DNA of 64,000 bases from Chthonomonas calidirosea. GTDB taxonomy: Bacteria; Armatimonadota; Fimbriimonadia; Fimbriimonadales; Fimbriimonadaceae. The first letter of the stretch is position 1. Each line of letters starts with the position of its first letter. The position numbers were made by a program, and so were the translations under genes. Below are positions 16,551-27,297 of the stretch, piece by piece. The DNA is taken from assembly GCA_945859975.1 (NCBI GenBank), contig CAMAPH010000002.1:109627-173626 (forward strand), in the 5' to 3' direction. The notes beneath the pieces were generated by a model. That model was given only the letters and a program-made list of their open reading frames with translations, did no database searches and was not told the origin of the DNA.

Positions 16551-19049
16551 TTAGTTCAGCGCGAGTTCTTTCTGTGGTTCGTTGCCGTCCGGTGTACTCT
16601 TCCGTCGAAAGATCACCGTATCGGTTCCTGGCTCAAGTTCCGCGATGATCACGTCACCAGTCTGGAATCGGCCGAGCAGCATCTCTTCGCTGAGCGGATC
16701 CTCAATGAATCGCTGAACCGCTCTTCGAAGCGGTCTTGCGCCCATGTTCGGATCGTAACCCTTGTCGACGAGAAGGTTCTTGACCTCTTCGCTGAGTTCG
16801 ATCTGAATCCCCATCGAAGTCGCCTGCTCGTTGACTCGCGCCAAGAACAGCGAAGCGATCTGGAGGATCTCTTCTCGCTTGAGGTGTTGGAACACGATGA
16901 CTTCATCGATTCGGTTGATGAACTCAGGGCGGAACGATTTTTTCATTTCGTCCAGCATCTTGGTCTTCATGTTCTCGTACACCTTCGGATCGTTGTAATC
17001 CGGTCGCGTATCGCGGAAGCCAAGTCCCTTGTCCATTTCGATCGGACGAACTCCGATGTTCGAAGTCATGATGATCAGGGTGTTTCGGAAGTCCACCGTC
17101 CGTCCCTGCGAGTCGGTCAACTGTCCATCTTCCAGAACCTGGAGAAGCAAGTTGAAGACTTCAGGGTGTGCTTTTTCGATTTCATCGAAGAGCACAACGC
17201 AGTACGGATTTCGCCGAACCTGCTCGGTCAACTGACCGCCCTCATCGTAACCCACGTATCCGGGAGGGGCACCGGTCAGTCGGCTTACCGCGAATCTCTC
17301 CATGTATTCGGACATGTCGATTCGGACCATGTTGCTTTCCTTTTCGTAAAGGTAAGCCGCAAGTGCCTTCGCGAGTTCGGTCTTACCGACACCGGTTGGG
17401 CCAAGGAAGACGAACGAGGCAATCGGTCGCTTTGGATCCTTGAGTCCGGATCGGGAACGTCGGATCGCTCGCGAGACCGCGCGGACCGCATCTTGCTGGC
17501 CGATGATTCGCTCGTGCAAGTCCTCTTCCATGCGAAGTAGCTTTTGGCTCTCGGTCTCGACAAGTCGCGTAACCGGGATACCGGTCCAGCTCTGGACGAT
17601 GCCAGCGATTTCGGGCTCACCAACGACAGGCTCCGGTTTTGGCTCGGCTGCCCAAGCTTCTTCTCTTTCGAGAATGCTAGCTTCGAGGCCTTCAATCTCA
17701 GCCTTCATCTTCTCAAGCATTTCCTGATCTTCTGATCGCTTAGAAAGATGCTCGAAATTCGTTCGAAGCTTCGTCAGCTTTTGTCGATCGGCGCGAACGT
17801 CTGCCGGCGGCAAACTCTGCTGCAAGCGAACTCGCGAAGCGGCCTCATCGATCAGGTCGATTGCCTTGTCGGGCAAAGTTCGATCCGAGATGTAGCGCTG
17901 AGACAATGAGACCGCGCTGGTGATCGCCTCGTCGGTGATCTCCACTTGGTGGTGAGCTTCGTATCGCTCACGCAAGCCGCGCAAAATCTCAATCGCTTCT
18001 TCTTCACTCGGTTCTTTGACTTTGACCGCTTGGAATCGTCGCTCAAGAGCCGCATCTCGCTCGATGTACTTGCGGAATTCGTCCTGCGTCGTCGCACCAA
18101 TGCACTGGAGTTCGCCGCGCGCCAAGGCAGGCTTCATGATGTTTGAGGCATCAATCGCGCCTTCGGCTGCACCAGCTCCCACCAAGGTGTGAAGCTCGTC
18201 GATGAAGAGAATGACTTGGCCTTCCGACTTGCGGACCTCTTCCATCACTTTCTTCATGCGCTCTTCGAATTCGCCGCGGTACTTCGTACCAGCGACCAAT
18301 CCAGCAAGGTCAAGGGAAACGATGCGCTTGTTCTTCAGGATCTCTGGAATGTCACCAGAGACGATTCGAAGGGCCAGCCCTTCGGCAATCGCGGTTTTTC
18401 CGACGCCTGGGTCACCGATGAGACAAGGGTTGTTCTTTGTTCGTCGACAAAGAATTTGCATAACTCGCTCGATTTCGGTGTGTCGTCCGACCACCGGGTC
18501 AAGCTTCCCTTCTCGTGCCAATTCGGTCAAGTCCCGACCAAATTCGTCCAGGGTCTGGGTCTTGGCGTTGGTAGTTGAAGCAGCCTTGGAGCCGAAGCCA
18601 GACTTAGCTTGCGTATCGTTGTCTTGAAGGGTCATCACCTCTCGGCGAGCCTTTTCAAGTTCAACTCCGAGTTTCGAAAGGACGCGTCCAGCTAGGCCAT
18701 CGCCTTCTCGAATCAGCCCGAGGAGCAGATGCTCGGTGCCGATGTAATTGTTGTTCAGGTTGCGAGCCTCGTCATATGCAAGATCGATCACGCGCTTGGC
18801 TCGAGGAGTCAGGGTCATATCCTGATTGGGTCTCGCATCGCCACGAGGAAGCTGCTTCTCAACCTCTGAGCGAATGCGATTTAGGCTGACGCCTAATTTC
18901 TCGAGAACGCGTGCGGCGACGCTATCCGACTCTCGTACGAGCCCGAGGAGAAGGTGCTCCGTCGAAACGTAGCCTTCCCCGAACTTCTGAGCCTCTTCTT
19001 GCGCATAGAACACCACCTTTCGGGCGCGTTCAGTAAAGCGTTGCCACAT
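16551..19049 (-). CDS. clpC: ATP-dependent Clp protease ATP-binding subunit ClpC
   Basis: Clp-N repeats; two AAA modules ([16 protein letters not shown]); GARPLRR. Confidence 0.96.
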   Translation of the reverse strand: MWQRFTERARKVVFYAQEEAQKFGEGYVSTEHLLLGLVRESDSVAARVLEKLGVSLNRIRSEVEKQLPRGDARPNQDMTLTPRAKRVIDLAYDEARNLNNNYIGTEHLLLGLIREGDGLAGRVLSKLGVELEKARREVMTLQDNDTQAKSGFGSKAASTTNAKTQTLDEFGRDLTELAREGKLDPVVGRHTEIERVMQILCRRTKNNPCLIGDPGVGKTAIAEGLALRIVSGDIPEILKNKRIVSLDLAGLVAGTKYRGEFEERMKKVMEEVRKSEGQVILFIDELHTLVGAGAAEGAIDASNIMKPALARGELQCIGATTQDEFRKYIERDAALERRFQAVKVKEPSEEEAIEILRGLRERYEAHHQVEITDEAITSAVSLSQRYISDRTLPDKAIDLIDEAASRVRLQQSLPPADVRADRQKLTKLRTNFEHLSKRSEDQEMLEKMKAEIEGLEASILEREEAWAAEPKPEPVVGEPEIAGIVQSWTGIPVTRLVETESQKLLRMEEDLHERIIGQQDAVRAVSRAIRRSRSGLKDPKRPIASFVFLGPTGVGKTELAKALAAYLYEKESNMVRIDMSEYMERFAVSRLTGAPPGYVGYDEGGQLTEQVRRNPYCVVLFDEIEKAHPEVFNLLLQVLEDGQLTDSQGRTVDFRNTLIIMTSNIGVRPIEMDKGLGFRDTRPDYNDPKVYENMKTKMLDEMKKSFRPEFINRIDEVIVFQHLKREEILQIASLFLARVNEQATSMGIQIELSEEVKNLLVDKGYDPNMGARPLRRAVQRFIEDPLSEEMLLGRFQTGDVIIAELEPGTDTVIFRRKSTPDGNEPQKELALN

Positions 19050-19231
19050 ATTTATTCTTTTCCTGTTTCGAAGATGAATTCATCCCGGTTGTTTAGTTCT
19101 ACGTCGTCAGGCAAGTTGTCATTAGGACCACCTGAGCTTAGATACATGACGTGCGGGACTACTTCATCGCATCGATGTAATAAGGAGAGTACCACTGCTC
19201 CCCATAAGTTCCCAGACCCTGTTATAAGGAC

Positions 19232-19316
19232 CTAGTGGGCGCTACCGGCATCGCTTGATTCTTTTGCCGCTGGCGGCATCGGGATTCGACTTCGATGGAC
19301 GCCGATCTGAACTGTC
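19232..19316 (-). pseudogene. Displaced 3' fragment of ndh
   Basis: Encodes TVQIGVHRSRIPMPPAAKESSDAGSAH*; the first 14 codons match the C-terminus of the ORF at 20308-21645. Confidence 0.75.
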
Positions 19317-20410
19317 ATCCCTCTCCAATTCCGGGTCGACAGCGCCGCTGCCTGCCACGAAAGTCAGCCCAACCGCTTTTGGATCTCGTCAACTGCGCGG
19401 CGCAGGTCCTCCAAGGAAACTCCAACGCTAGCCAGTATTCGCGCCGCAGCGCCATCTTCCACCAGCATGAGCCCCAACAGAATGTAGTGAGAACTGAGAT
19501 TTGAGTCTCCGAGCGGTGCTTCAGCGTACGCGAACTGGATTGCTTGGTACGCATCGGCACTGAGAACGGGAGATTCGGCTCGGGAACCGGGATGCTTCGA
19601 GACTTCGGCTTCCAGAATCGTCCGAAGGTGGTCCAAATCGATCTGCAACTCGTTTAAAACGGCGATGGCACAGCCGTCTGGCACATCCAAGAGGCCCAGA
19701 AGGAAGTGATCGGTTTCGACCAGGGCTTGCCGTCTTTCAAAGGCGGCTTGGCTGGCATAGTAAACCGCCGTCCGGCCCTCGGTTGAAAATTGCAGCCAAC
19801 CGCGAAACCGGACGGAGTCGAAGCCGGCTGAATCGATCTCTGATTTTGCAATTTCCAGCCGCGCCGAGTTGACCACGACACCAAACTTGAACAATATTTG
19901 CGCAGCAGTGTTGTTACTGTGCTTGACTATGCCGACCAAGATGTCTTCCGATCCAATCTTCGATCGCCCCTGATGTTTACACTCCAACTCTGTGAGGTCA
20001 AGCGAGTCTTTCAGACCGTCGTCGAGATTGGAGAACCAACCGGCTGAGGTCGGTTGCTGGGAAATGACCCGGTGAAGCTCGTGCTGCAGCTGATCAATCG
20101 CAATGCCAAGGCTGACGAGAACACTCGTTGCCTCGCAGTTCGGCTGCTCAAGCATGCCTAGCAAACAATGAGCCGTCCCCACCTTTTTGTGTCCATATCG
20201 CTCGGCAACTTTCTTCGCCATGTAAACGGTATTCCGAGCGTCATCAGAAAGGTTCTGCCACATCGCCTATCCTCACGCAAAGCCAAGCATTACGCGATAC
20301 CTAAATTCTATTCCTTTTCCCTCAAAGGAGCAACTAAAGATTCTTCAACCTCATTTCCGATCGAGCCTGGCATCGGGATTCGACTTCGATGGACTCCGAT
20401 CTGAACCGTC
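19275..20410. repeat. 42-bp direct repeat (19275-19316 and 20369-20410) flanking a ~1.1-kb insertion
   Basis: GGCATCGGGATTCGACTTCGATGGAC[G/T]CCGATCTGAAC[T/C]GTC, 40 of 42 identical. Confidence 0.9.
19364..20263 (-). CDS. Stand-alone Clp N-terminal (repeat) domain protein, two tandem Clp-N domains, no AAA module
   Basis: GTAHCLLGML, GSEDILVGI, ETDHFLLGLL and SSHYILLGLM repeats. Confidence 0.85.
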   Translation of the reverse strand: MWQNLSDDARNTVYMAKKVAERYGHKKVGTAHCLLGMLEQPNCEATSVLVSLGIAIDQLQHELHRVISQQPTSAGWFSNLDDGLKDSLDLTELECKHQGRSKIGSEDILVGIVKHSNNTAAQILFKFGVVVNSARLEIAKSEIDSAGFDSVRFRGWLQFSTEGRTAVYYASQAAFERRQALVETDHFLLGLLDVPDGCAIAVLNELQIDLDHLRTILEAEVSKHPGSRAESPVLSADAYQAIQFAYAEAPLGDSNLSSHYILLGLMLVEDGAAARILASVGVSLEDLRRAVDEIQKRLG

Positions 20411-21645
20411 GGCACTCGCAAAAACAGGTCCAAGAACCAATCCATTGACAGCCTTAGCTTCAGCGCAAAGGTGGGCATCTTGCTGAGGTACGCCCCCCGG
20501 AACAGGAACCAACCGATCAGACCGTTGACATTGAAGCCAAACAGGTCCGCAGCTGCTTTGTATCCCCCCACGACCGCGAAAGCTCCCAAGGATCGGTATT
20601 CAAAGTTCTCGAGTGGCTTTCCGCCGACACTGCTGAGGATGTTTTTCGCCACCTGCGGACCTTGGCGAACCGCGTTCTGTGCGGTTGCGGCAAAAGGTTT
20701 CCCGTTTGGCATCGGCACCGAAGCCGCGTCACCAACCGCCCACACGTTGTCGTAGCCCTCAACGCGAAGGTCAGCCTGGGTTTTGATGTACCCGCGATCC
20801 GTCAAGGGCAAGCCTTCGATCTGGCGAAGGAGCGGAGATGGCTGAATCCCAGCCGTCCAAAACGTGCTTTCGGCAGGAACCCACTCGCCCGCTTCCGTGC
20901 GCACACGGTCGGGCAAAACCTCAACGACGCTGGCGCCAAGGTGCACAACGACCCCTCTTCGGCGCAACGTTGCGAGCGCCCAAGCCGAAGCCCGCTCGCT
21001 CATCGCGCCCAGGAGTCGACTTCCATGCTCGAAAACCATAACGGAAATGTCGGACTTCTTTAGGTTCGGATAGCCATCCACAAGCTCAAGCAAGAAGTGT
21101 TGGAGCTCACCTGCAAGCTCGGTCCCCGTAAAGTTTCCGCCCACGATCACGAACGTCAGCAGTTGCTTACGCTTCTCCGGATCTCGACACTCATTGGCCT
21201 GCTCAAGCAAAGCGATCGCGCGGTCCCGAATTCCGATTGCGTCTGCGACCGACTTTAATTCGTAGGCATTCTCCGCCAGACCAGGAATGTTTGGAAACCG
21301 CGTGACGGAGCCCATTCCGATGACCAAATGATCGAACGGAATTTCGGTTGGATTGGATACTCCGGCTGGTTGGAACCGAACAGTTTTGCGCGACAGGTCC
21401 ACGCTCAGGATTTCGCCCATGCGAAAACCGTCTCGGGCGTACGAACGGAGCGGAACAACGACATGGCGTGGCTCAATGCCACCAACCGCCGCTTCGACGA
21501 GCAAGGGATAGAAAGTGAGGTAGTTGTGCCGATCCAGCAGCACCACGTCGACTTCCCCACGTCCATGCTTCACTAATCGCTTTGCGGCTTCGGCTCCGCC
21601 AAACCCACCACCAAGAATTACAACTCTCGTTTTCGTGCTGGACAT
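20308..21645 (-). CDS. ndh: Type II NADH dehydrogenase-like FAD-dependent oxidoreductase
   Basis: GGGFGG, VGGNFTGTELAGEL, WTAG, WAVGD and ATAQNA..QG. Confidence 0.88.
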   Translation of the reverse strand: MSSTKTRVVILGGGFGGAEAAKRLVKHGRGEVDVVLLDRHNYLTFYPLLVEAAVGGIEPRHVVVPLRSYARDGFRMGEILSVDLSRKTVRFQPAGVSNPTEIPFDHLVIGMGSVTRFPNIPGLAENAYELKSVADAIGIRDRAIALLEQANECRDPEKRKQLLTFVIVGGNFTGTELAGELQHFLLELVDGYPNLKKSDISVMVFEHGSRLLGAMSERASAWALATLRRRGVVVHLGASVVEVLPDRVRTEAGEWVPAESTFWTAGIQPSPLLRQIEGLPLTDRGYIKTQADLRVEGYDNVWAVGDAASVPMPNGKPFAATAQNAVRQGPQVAKNILSSVGGKPLENFEYRSLGAFAVVGGYKAAADLFGFNVNGLIGWFLFRGAYLSKMPTFALKLRLSMDWFLDLFLRVPTVQIGVHRSRIPMPGSIGNEVEESLVAPLREKE

Positions 21646-21707
21646 CCACTCTCATGATGTCGCCAAGCCGAAGGAGCGCCTGGGCTAAGCCTCATTCCGG
21701 ATCGCCG

Positions 21708-23384
21708 CTAGCGACCTAACTGCTGGGGAATCACAACGTCGTACATCCGGCTCATAAAATCGTTGATGAACTCGCCGCCTTTCCCGCCGTCGTAAGGGCT
21801 CGCGTTGGTCATCGCGACGACCGCAACTCCGCGCACCGGGCGAATAAACATGTCGGCCGAGTTTAAGGTGTTCGATCCGCCGTGGCTCAGGTCGTATTCG
21901 CCGGTAGGATACGGTCCGCCAACTGCCCAGCCCATGCCATAGCCGTTGTGTGGAGTGTGCAGAGTTTTGAAGGTCGGTCCGGTTAGCAACGTCGGATAAC
22001 CCATCTCGGCCCGCAGGTGCAATCGGGCGAATCTAGCAAAGTCGGTCACCGTCATTTGTAGGCCCCCTGCCGGGTTCCCCCAACCCTGGTTATCGGCCCA
22101 TGCCGGCTCATACGCTTGGTTGACAAAGCGGTGACCATAGGGCCCGAGCAAGGTGCCTGGTAGGCCCATCGGGCCGTACCCGACCCAGTTGGCCCCGATG
22201 GGCTGGAACAAACGCTTTTTAATCGACTGCTCCCAAGGCTCGGCGGACAGGCGATCCAAGATTGCTCCGGCAATCACGAAATTCATGTTCTGATACTGGA
22301 ACTGAGTGCCCTGCGCGAAGGTTGGGGCTTTGCCTACTGCCTTTCTCACCGCTTCAGTCCGAAGGGCCATGAGGGAGGTGCCGGCGTAATCTGGATAACT
22401 GGTGTCCCCAGGGATTCCGGAACTGGCATGGAGCAGATTGAACAAGGTGATCTGCTTGGTGGAAGGGTGCATGGCGCTTTCCAGATCGGGGAGCAAGACG
22501 GCGAGCGTGTCGGAGAATCTGATCCGACCGGCGTCAACGTACTTGCCAAGCAACGTCGCCGTCATCGACTTTGTGTTTGAGCCGAGGTGAAAAAGGTCGT
22601 TTAGGGTGACTAGGGTTGGGCTGCCGACTCGGCGGACTCCGGTCGCGGCCGAGCAAACAATCTTGTCGTCAACGACCACCGCGCAAGTCGCTCCAGGCAG
22701 ATTGAACTTCGCGCGTGACTTCTCAAGTTCGGCCTTCACAATCGTGGCGAAGTTTGAGAATCCCGGCTCGCTCTCCAAAGTGAGTCCATTCGGGACATAA
22801 CTTGGAAGCTTGGAAGGAAGTAAAGCCATTGGCAGCTCCTGGCGGTCCAAGGGGCCACGTTTGATAAATGCGGTGAACGAAGTTAGCGAGCCTTTCGAAT
22901 CGTACGCAAATGCCGCAGGCTCCTGGAAAGCCGCGAGGGTGGACGGTAGATCAACGTTTTGTTCGGCTCCGCCATCGACTTTGATCTTCAATCGACTGCG
23001 AGTTGATGACAGTTGGACAAGCGAAACATCGATCAGAGACTCTTTCCCGTAGGCCAGCGTTGGAGCAGAAATGTTCTTCCAAACCGTGCCTTGCCAAGGC
23101 ATTTCGTAGATCACGACATTCTTGGCTCCAGGTTGTATGCCGATCACGTACCGAGGGCCGTTTGCCGCCACGGAGGATGGAATGAAGCCGAAAGTTTGGC
23201 CCTCTTCAACTCGAACCTTTGCTTGGAGCCGCGAAAACTTGATGCCTGGGGCCTCGCTTGGCAGTGCCCACGCGCTATCCCGGGCTACTTTCGCAGCCGC
23301 AACCGGGTAGCGATTGGCCACCGACCAAACGCCATCCACAAGACTGCTTTGCGCGGCGAGAAGCAACCAGGCCCCAACATACAT
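21708..23384 (-). CDS. Serine hydrolase (class C beta-lactamase-like) with N-terminal extension
   Basis: FHLGSNTK (SxxK), FQYQN (YxN), PAGG and HGGS; start codon uncertain. Confidence 0.85.
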   Translation of the reverse strand: MYVGAWLLLAAQSSLVDGVWSVANRYPVAAAKVARDSAWALPSEAPGIKFSRLQAKVRVEEGQTFGFIPSSVAANGPRYVIGIQPGAKNVVIYEMPWQGTVWKNISAPTLAYGKESLIDVSLVQLSSTRSRLKIKVDGGAEQNVDLPSTLAAFQEPAAFAYDSKGSLTSFTAFIKRGPLDRQELPMALLPSKLPSYVPNGLTLESEPGFSNFATIVKAELEKSRAKFNLPGATCAVVVDDKIVCSAATGVRRVGSPTLVTLNDLFHLGSNTKSMTATLLGKYVDAGRIRFSDTLAVLLPDLESAMHPSTKQITLFNLLHASSGIPGDTSYPDYAGTSLMALRTEAVRKAVGKAPTFAQGTQFQYQNMNFVIAGAILDRLSAEPWEQSIKKRLFQPIGANWVGYGPMGLPGTLLGPYGHRFVNQAYEPAWADNQGWGNPAGGLQMTVTDFARFARLHLRAEMGYPTLLTGPTFKTLHTPHNGYGMGWAVGGPYPTGEYDLSHGGSNTLNSADMFIRPVRGVAVVAMTNASPYDGGKGGEFINDFMSRMYDVVIPQQLGR

Positions 23385-23445
23385 CACATTGAATTTTAGC
23401 TCCAATCCACTCGTCAGTCAAACCCGGCCAAGAAGCGACTGCGCG

Positions 23446-24378
23446 CTAGCCGAGCCTCAGGCTCATCGAAGCATAGGACCGCGAGACCTCGAAACCGAAC
23501 TTGCCATAGAAATCGGTGAGCGTGGTCCAGTCGATGATGGTGCGCTGGCACCCTCGGTCCCGCAAAATTTGAAGCGCCGACCCGAGCAGATACCCTCCGC
23601 GGCCCGAACCCCGAACGGCCATCGAAACGCCAATCGGTCCGAGCGAACCCCAGTTCGGACCGAGGTCGGCATGCCAAACGGCGCCACCGATCGGATACCG
23701 ATTACTTGAGTCCTGAATTAAGGCAAATCCCTCAATTCTTTGACCACAGCGGAGCACGGCCACGCACTCCGGCCCTTCTTGGCGGACTTTCGTCAGGGTG
23801 TCGTAATGCCAGCGACCCGGAAATTCCCTTTGTAGGAACCCTTCCAGCTCCGCGATCTCAGGCTTGGACAAAACTTCGACTCGATCACCTTCGTGGGAAG
23901 GACCAGAGTACGTAAAGTCATAAAGGTCGCGCTCCATGTCGACCTGAAGTCCATGCTCCATAAATCCTTCGATTTCCAAGAACTCCTTGAGCTTTGGAAA
24001 ATCCTGCGGACATCCGGGAAAGAAGTGATTGTTGTCTTGCCCAAACACCAACCGGGTGGCGCCGCGATCCGTGAGCAACTGCCGCACATCGCTGAGCAAA
24101 TCCCCGCAGACTCCCGGCTCGGAGTACGCAACGGCACTTAGGTGGTACTGATCGATGTCGCTGACTCGGTACAGAGATGCCGACGGTCGCTTTACGAAGG
24201 CAAACCCGATCACACGCTCGTCCCGGACATAGATCGACGACGCCCCCCAGTCAAACACCGGGCAATCGACCGACTTCTGCTTCAGAAGTTCGGGCGAAAC
24301 GCGATATCGCGCGGGATAGAACTGGTTCCAGAGTTCGGCCAGTTCGGTAAACGGTGCTGAAGCGAGCGGGATTCTCAT
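23446..24378 (-). CDS. GNAT family N-acetyltransferase
   Basis: GPIGV...RGSGRG...IIDWTTLTDFYGKFGF. Confidence 0.85.
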   Translation of the reverse strand: MRIPLASAPFTELAELWNQFYPARYRVSPELLKQKSVDCPVFDWGASSIYVRDERVIGFAFVKRPSASLYRVSDIDQYHLSAVAYSEPGVCGDLLSDVRQLLTDRGATRLVFGQDNNHFFPGCPQDFPKLKEFLEIEGFMEHGLQVDMERDLYDFTYSGPSHEGDRVEVLSKPEIAELEGFLQREFPGRWHYDTLTKVRQEGPECVAVLRCGQRIEGFALIQDSSNRYPIGGAVWHADLGPNWGSLGPIGVSMAVRGSGRGGYLLGSALQILRDRGCQRTIIDWTTLTDFYGKFGFEVSRSYASMSLRLG

Positions 24379-24770
24379 CCGACCGCGCGCGCAAGCTCCC
24401 GCAAATGCTGGCCGTACAGCGTGATCGCTTGCTCAGTGCGATAAAGCACATTCATCAACTCAGCGGTATCCCGCAGTCTTGTATCTCGCAAAGCGCCAAA
24501 ATTCCCCAAAGCCTCAAAGTCCTCGATGCCGGTTACTGCGGTGTACGACCGCAGGTATTCGGCAACTGGTTCGTATTCTCCGCGATACTTCGAGCGCACG
24601 GCCCGAAATTCCGCTTCGATGACTCCAACCGGTCCGTACCGAAGGATATCTTCGATCGCCTGGCGGTATGCCTCGTAAGCGCGGCGGAAACTCGCCAGCT
24701 CATCGGTTCGTTGCTTCACCCGGTTTCGGCAAACGATGGGCCGGGTGGAAGGTCGGGACGAGTCTTTCAT
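24375..24770 (-). CDS. Hypothetical protein
   Basis: ATGA overlaps with neighbours on both sides; helical sequence. Confidence 0.6.
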   Translation of the reverse strand: MKDSSRPSTRPIVCRNRVKQRTDELASFRRAYEAYRQAIEDILRYGPVGVIEAEFRAVRSKYRGEYEPVAEYLRSYTAVTGIEDFEALGNFGALRDTRLRDTAELMNVLYRTEQAITLYGQHLRELARAVG

Positions 24771-25051
24771 GACTGAGCCCCGACGCGCTGGACGTAGTTC
24801 ACCTTCAGGTCTCGGATAGAGTTTTGCACCGTTCGCCGGTCGGCATCGTCGAGCTGCGGGATCGCGGCATCGGCGAGTTGCGAAGCAACGTCAATCATAA
24901 CCTTCGCCTGCGCAAGATCCGGTTCTATCCGACCGGTCATAAAGTCGGGTTGCAACCCAAGCTTTTGCCACGACAGTTCAATCGACTGCTGCAGCATCAT
25001 GCCAATCACATCGTAGACATCAATAGGACCCTTTTCCGGTGAATCTTCCAA
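24767..25051 (-). CDS. DUF1844 domain protein
   Basis: LG..PD..TG....DLAQAK..ID...LKVNYV. Confidence 0.8.
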   Translation of the reverse strand: MEDSPEKGPIDVYDVIGMMLQQSIELSWQKLGLQPDFMTGRIEPDLAQAKVMIDVASQLADAAIPQLDDADRRTVQNSIRDLKVNYVQRVGAQS

Positions 25052-25220
25052 AATCGCCCCCTTTACCTAGCCCTCGCTTGGCGCTTCCACGCCGTTCTTG
25101 GGCCGCAAATTGAGTGACGTTTCAAATGTCCCTCTAGCCGCCAAAACTTGAATCCCTTTCTGTCCGCGACAAGAGGGGACAGGAACCCGGTCGGTAGACT
25201 ACGTATTGGTCTTTATAAGA

Positions 25221-26150
25221 ATGGAAAATGTGATTATCATTGGCTCTGGCCCTGCGGGATACACCGCCGCTCTTTACGCCGCGCGGGCCGATCTGAAACC
25301 TCTTCTCTTCGCGGGTTGGCAGCCTGGCGGTCAGCTCATGATCACCACGGACGTCGAGAACTATCCTGGCTTTCCCAAGGGCATCATGGGACCAGAAATC
25401 ATGGAGCTGTTCCGAGAACAGGCCGCTCGCTTTGGTACCGACATTCGGGATATCAACGTTGACAAAGTTGACCTGACCGGCCCGACCTTTAAAGTCTGGG
25501 TCGGCGAGGAACTTCACGAAGCACGGTCAATCATCATCTGCACCGGTGCAAGCGCGAAGTGGCTCGGGCTGGAAGGTGAAGTCACGTTCGGCGGATACGG
25601 TGTGAGTGCTTGTGCGACCTGCGACGGGTTCTTCTTCCGAAACAAGAAGGTCGCCATCGTCGGCGGTGGCGATACCGCTATGGAAGAGGCCCTCTTTTTA
25701 ACGCGCCACGCTTCGGAAGTCCATGTTCTGCACCGACGTGACAGCTTCCGCGCCAGCAAGATCATGCAAGAACGCGTGCTAGAGCACCCAAAGATCAAGA
25801 TTCACTGGAACACGGCCGTGACCGAAATCCACGGCGAGATGGAACCGCACAAAAAGCTGAAATCGATCACTTTGCAAGATACGGTCACCAGTGACATTCG
25901 TCAGATGGAAGTTGACGGCTTGTTCATCGCGATCGGACACCAGCCGAACAGTTCGCTGTTCACCGGGGTTCTCGATATGGACGAGGCTGGCTACTTGATC
26001 ACCATGCCTGATAGCACCCGCACCAAGATCCCCGGCGTGTTTGCCGCTGGCGACGTTCAAGACAGCGTTTATCGCCAAGCCATCACCGCTGCCGGTTCGG
26101 GCTGCATGGCTGCAATCGAAGCTGAGCGCTTCTTGGCAGGGCTGCACTAG
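25221..26150 (+). CDS. trxB: Thioredoxin-disulfide reductase
   Basis: GSGPAGYTAA, CATCDG, GGGDTAMEEA, HRRD and YRQAITAAG. Confidence 0.97.
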   Translation: MENVIIIGSGPAGYTAALYAARADLKPLLFAGWQPGGQLMITTDVENYPGFPKGIMGPEIMELFREQAARFGTDIRDINVDKVDLTGPTFKVWVGEELHEARSIIICTGASAKWLGLEGEVTFGGYGVSACATCDGFFFRNKKVAIVGGGDTAMEEALFLTRHASEVHVLHRRDSFRASKIMQERVLEHPKIKIHWNTAVTEIHGEMEPHKKLKSITLQDTVTSDIRQMEVDGLFIAIGHQPNSSLFTGVLDMDEAGYLITMPDSTRTKIPGVFAAGDVQDSVYRQAITAAGSGCMAAIEAERFLAGLH

Positions 26151-26152
26151 TC

Positions 26153-27274
26153 ATGACGGGCGTTCTGTGTTATCTCGCGTTGGCTCAAGCGGTGAATCAG
26201 AAACCGCAAGACCCCAAAACGACCTACACGGAATACCGCCTGCTTCAGCCGGGGACGAACGATTCCCGGCTGAGCGTTTTCGCTTTTGACAAGCGAATGG
26301 ACCCGCCAAAGCGATCGCCGAAGAAGTTTGGCGATCCACCCTTGCAGTGGGAGTTCGACTGGATCACCGGTGGCTACGGCGTTCACCCTTCGGTGAACAA
26401 CAATCTCACCCTGCGGTTCTCCATCTTTAGTCAGCAGCGAGCTTCGAAAAACGATTCCGCACTCGATGTTGGCAAGATGCTCATGCGACTTTGGGATTTC
26501 AGTTTCCAGAGCCTCAAAATGGACCACTCGGGTGCCCTAAACAACGGGATCGTTGACGTCTACCTCTGCTGGGGCGGCAAGGCAGGCGGCGAGCAGCTCT
26601 TCGACGAGGACTATCGCGGCGGTCGCAACATCAAGGTCAACACGATCTACATCTATGACCTCGCGAGCTTCACCGATCCAGTTGAAAAAGCACGCGAGAT
26701 CGCCCACGAATACGGCCATGCGATGCTTCCGCCAGTGGGAGTTTTTACCGCGCCGGAAGATTGGTCTAACGGCTACTTGGGCGAGAAGCTTTACCTTCGC
26801 CATATTCGAGACGAAATGGCGGCCGGACGATATGGCGCGCCGGACGTGATGGGAGCCGACCTTCCCGGACTCGATAAATGGGTGAAGGCAAACGTTAACC
26901 CGATCGTTTCCAGCGCCGCTACAAACGGCCCAGCGAACAAGATCAGCGCCGGCGGCAAGCTGGCCATGGACATGTACCTCGGCCTAGCCTTGTACGTTGA
27001 CCAGATCTACGGCCACAACGTGCTCTCGCGCGCCTATCGCTTTACCGACATGACCAAGCCAGAAACCTTCTTGGACGCCGTGATGACCGCCGTCGAAGAA
27101 TTACCGAACGCCACCCTGAATTTTCCAAAGGAATGGGCCGGACGGACGGTGTGGGTTCCCGTGAGCACTTCCAACCTCACCGGGTCGGCGATTCTGGCCA
27201 AGAAGACAGGTTGGGTTCAGGTTCGAATCACCGAGAAGCCGATCGTGATCCGCTCGGTTCGTGCTGATCAGTAG
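26153..27274 (+). CDS. Hypothetical secreted protein with HEXXH motif (possible zincin)
   Basis: IAHEYGH; short signal-like N-terminus. Confidence 0.6.
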   Translation: MTGVLCYLALAQAVNQKPQDPKTTYTEYRLLQPGTNDSRLSVFAFDKRMDPPKRSPKKFGDPPLQWEFDWITGGYGVHPSVNNNLTLRFSIFSQQRASKNDSALDVGKMLMRLWDFSFQSLKMDHSGALNNGIVDVYLCWGGKAGGEQLFDEDYRGGRNIKVNTIYIYDLASFTDPVEKAREIAHEYGHAMLPPVGVFTAPEDWSNGYLGEKLYLRHIRDEMAAGRYGAPDVMGADLPGLDKWVKANVNPIVSSAATNGPANKISAGGKLAMDMYLGLALYVDQIYGHNVLSRAYRFTDMTKPETFLDAVMTAVEELPNATLNFPKEWAGRTVWVPVSTSNLTGSAILAKKTGWVQVRITEKPIVIRSVRADQ

Positions 27275-27297
27275 TTCTGCACGGTACAACCAAGCGC

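Noticed and set aside
19050..19231. CIRCE or CtsR box upstream of clpC
   Set aside because: No match to TTAGCACTC-N9-GAGTGCTAA or to tandem GGTCAAA repeats was seen
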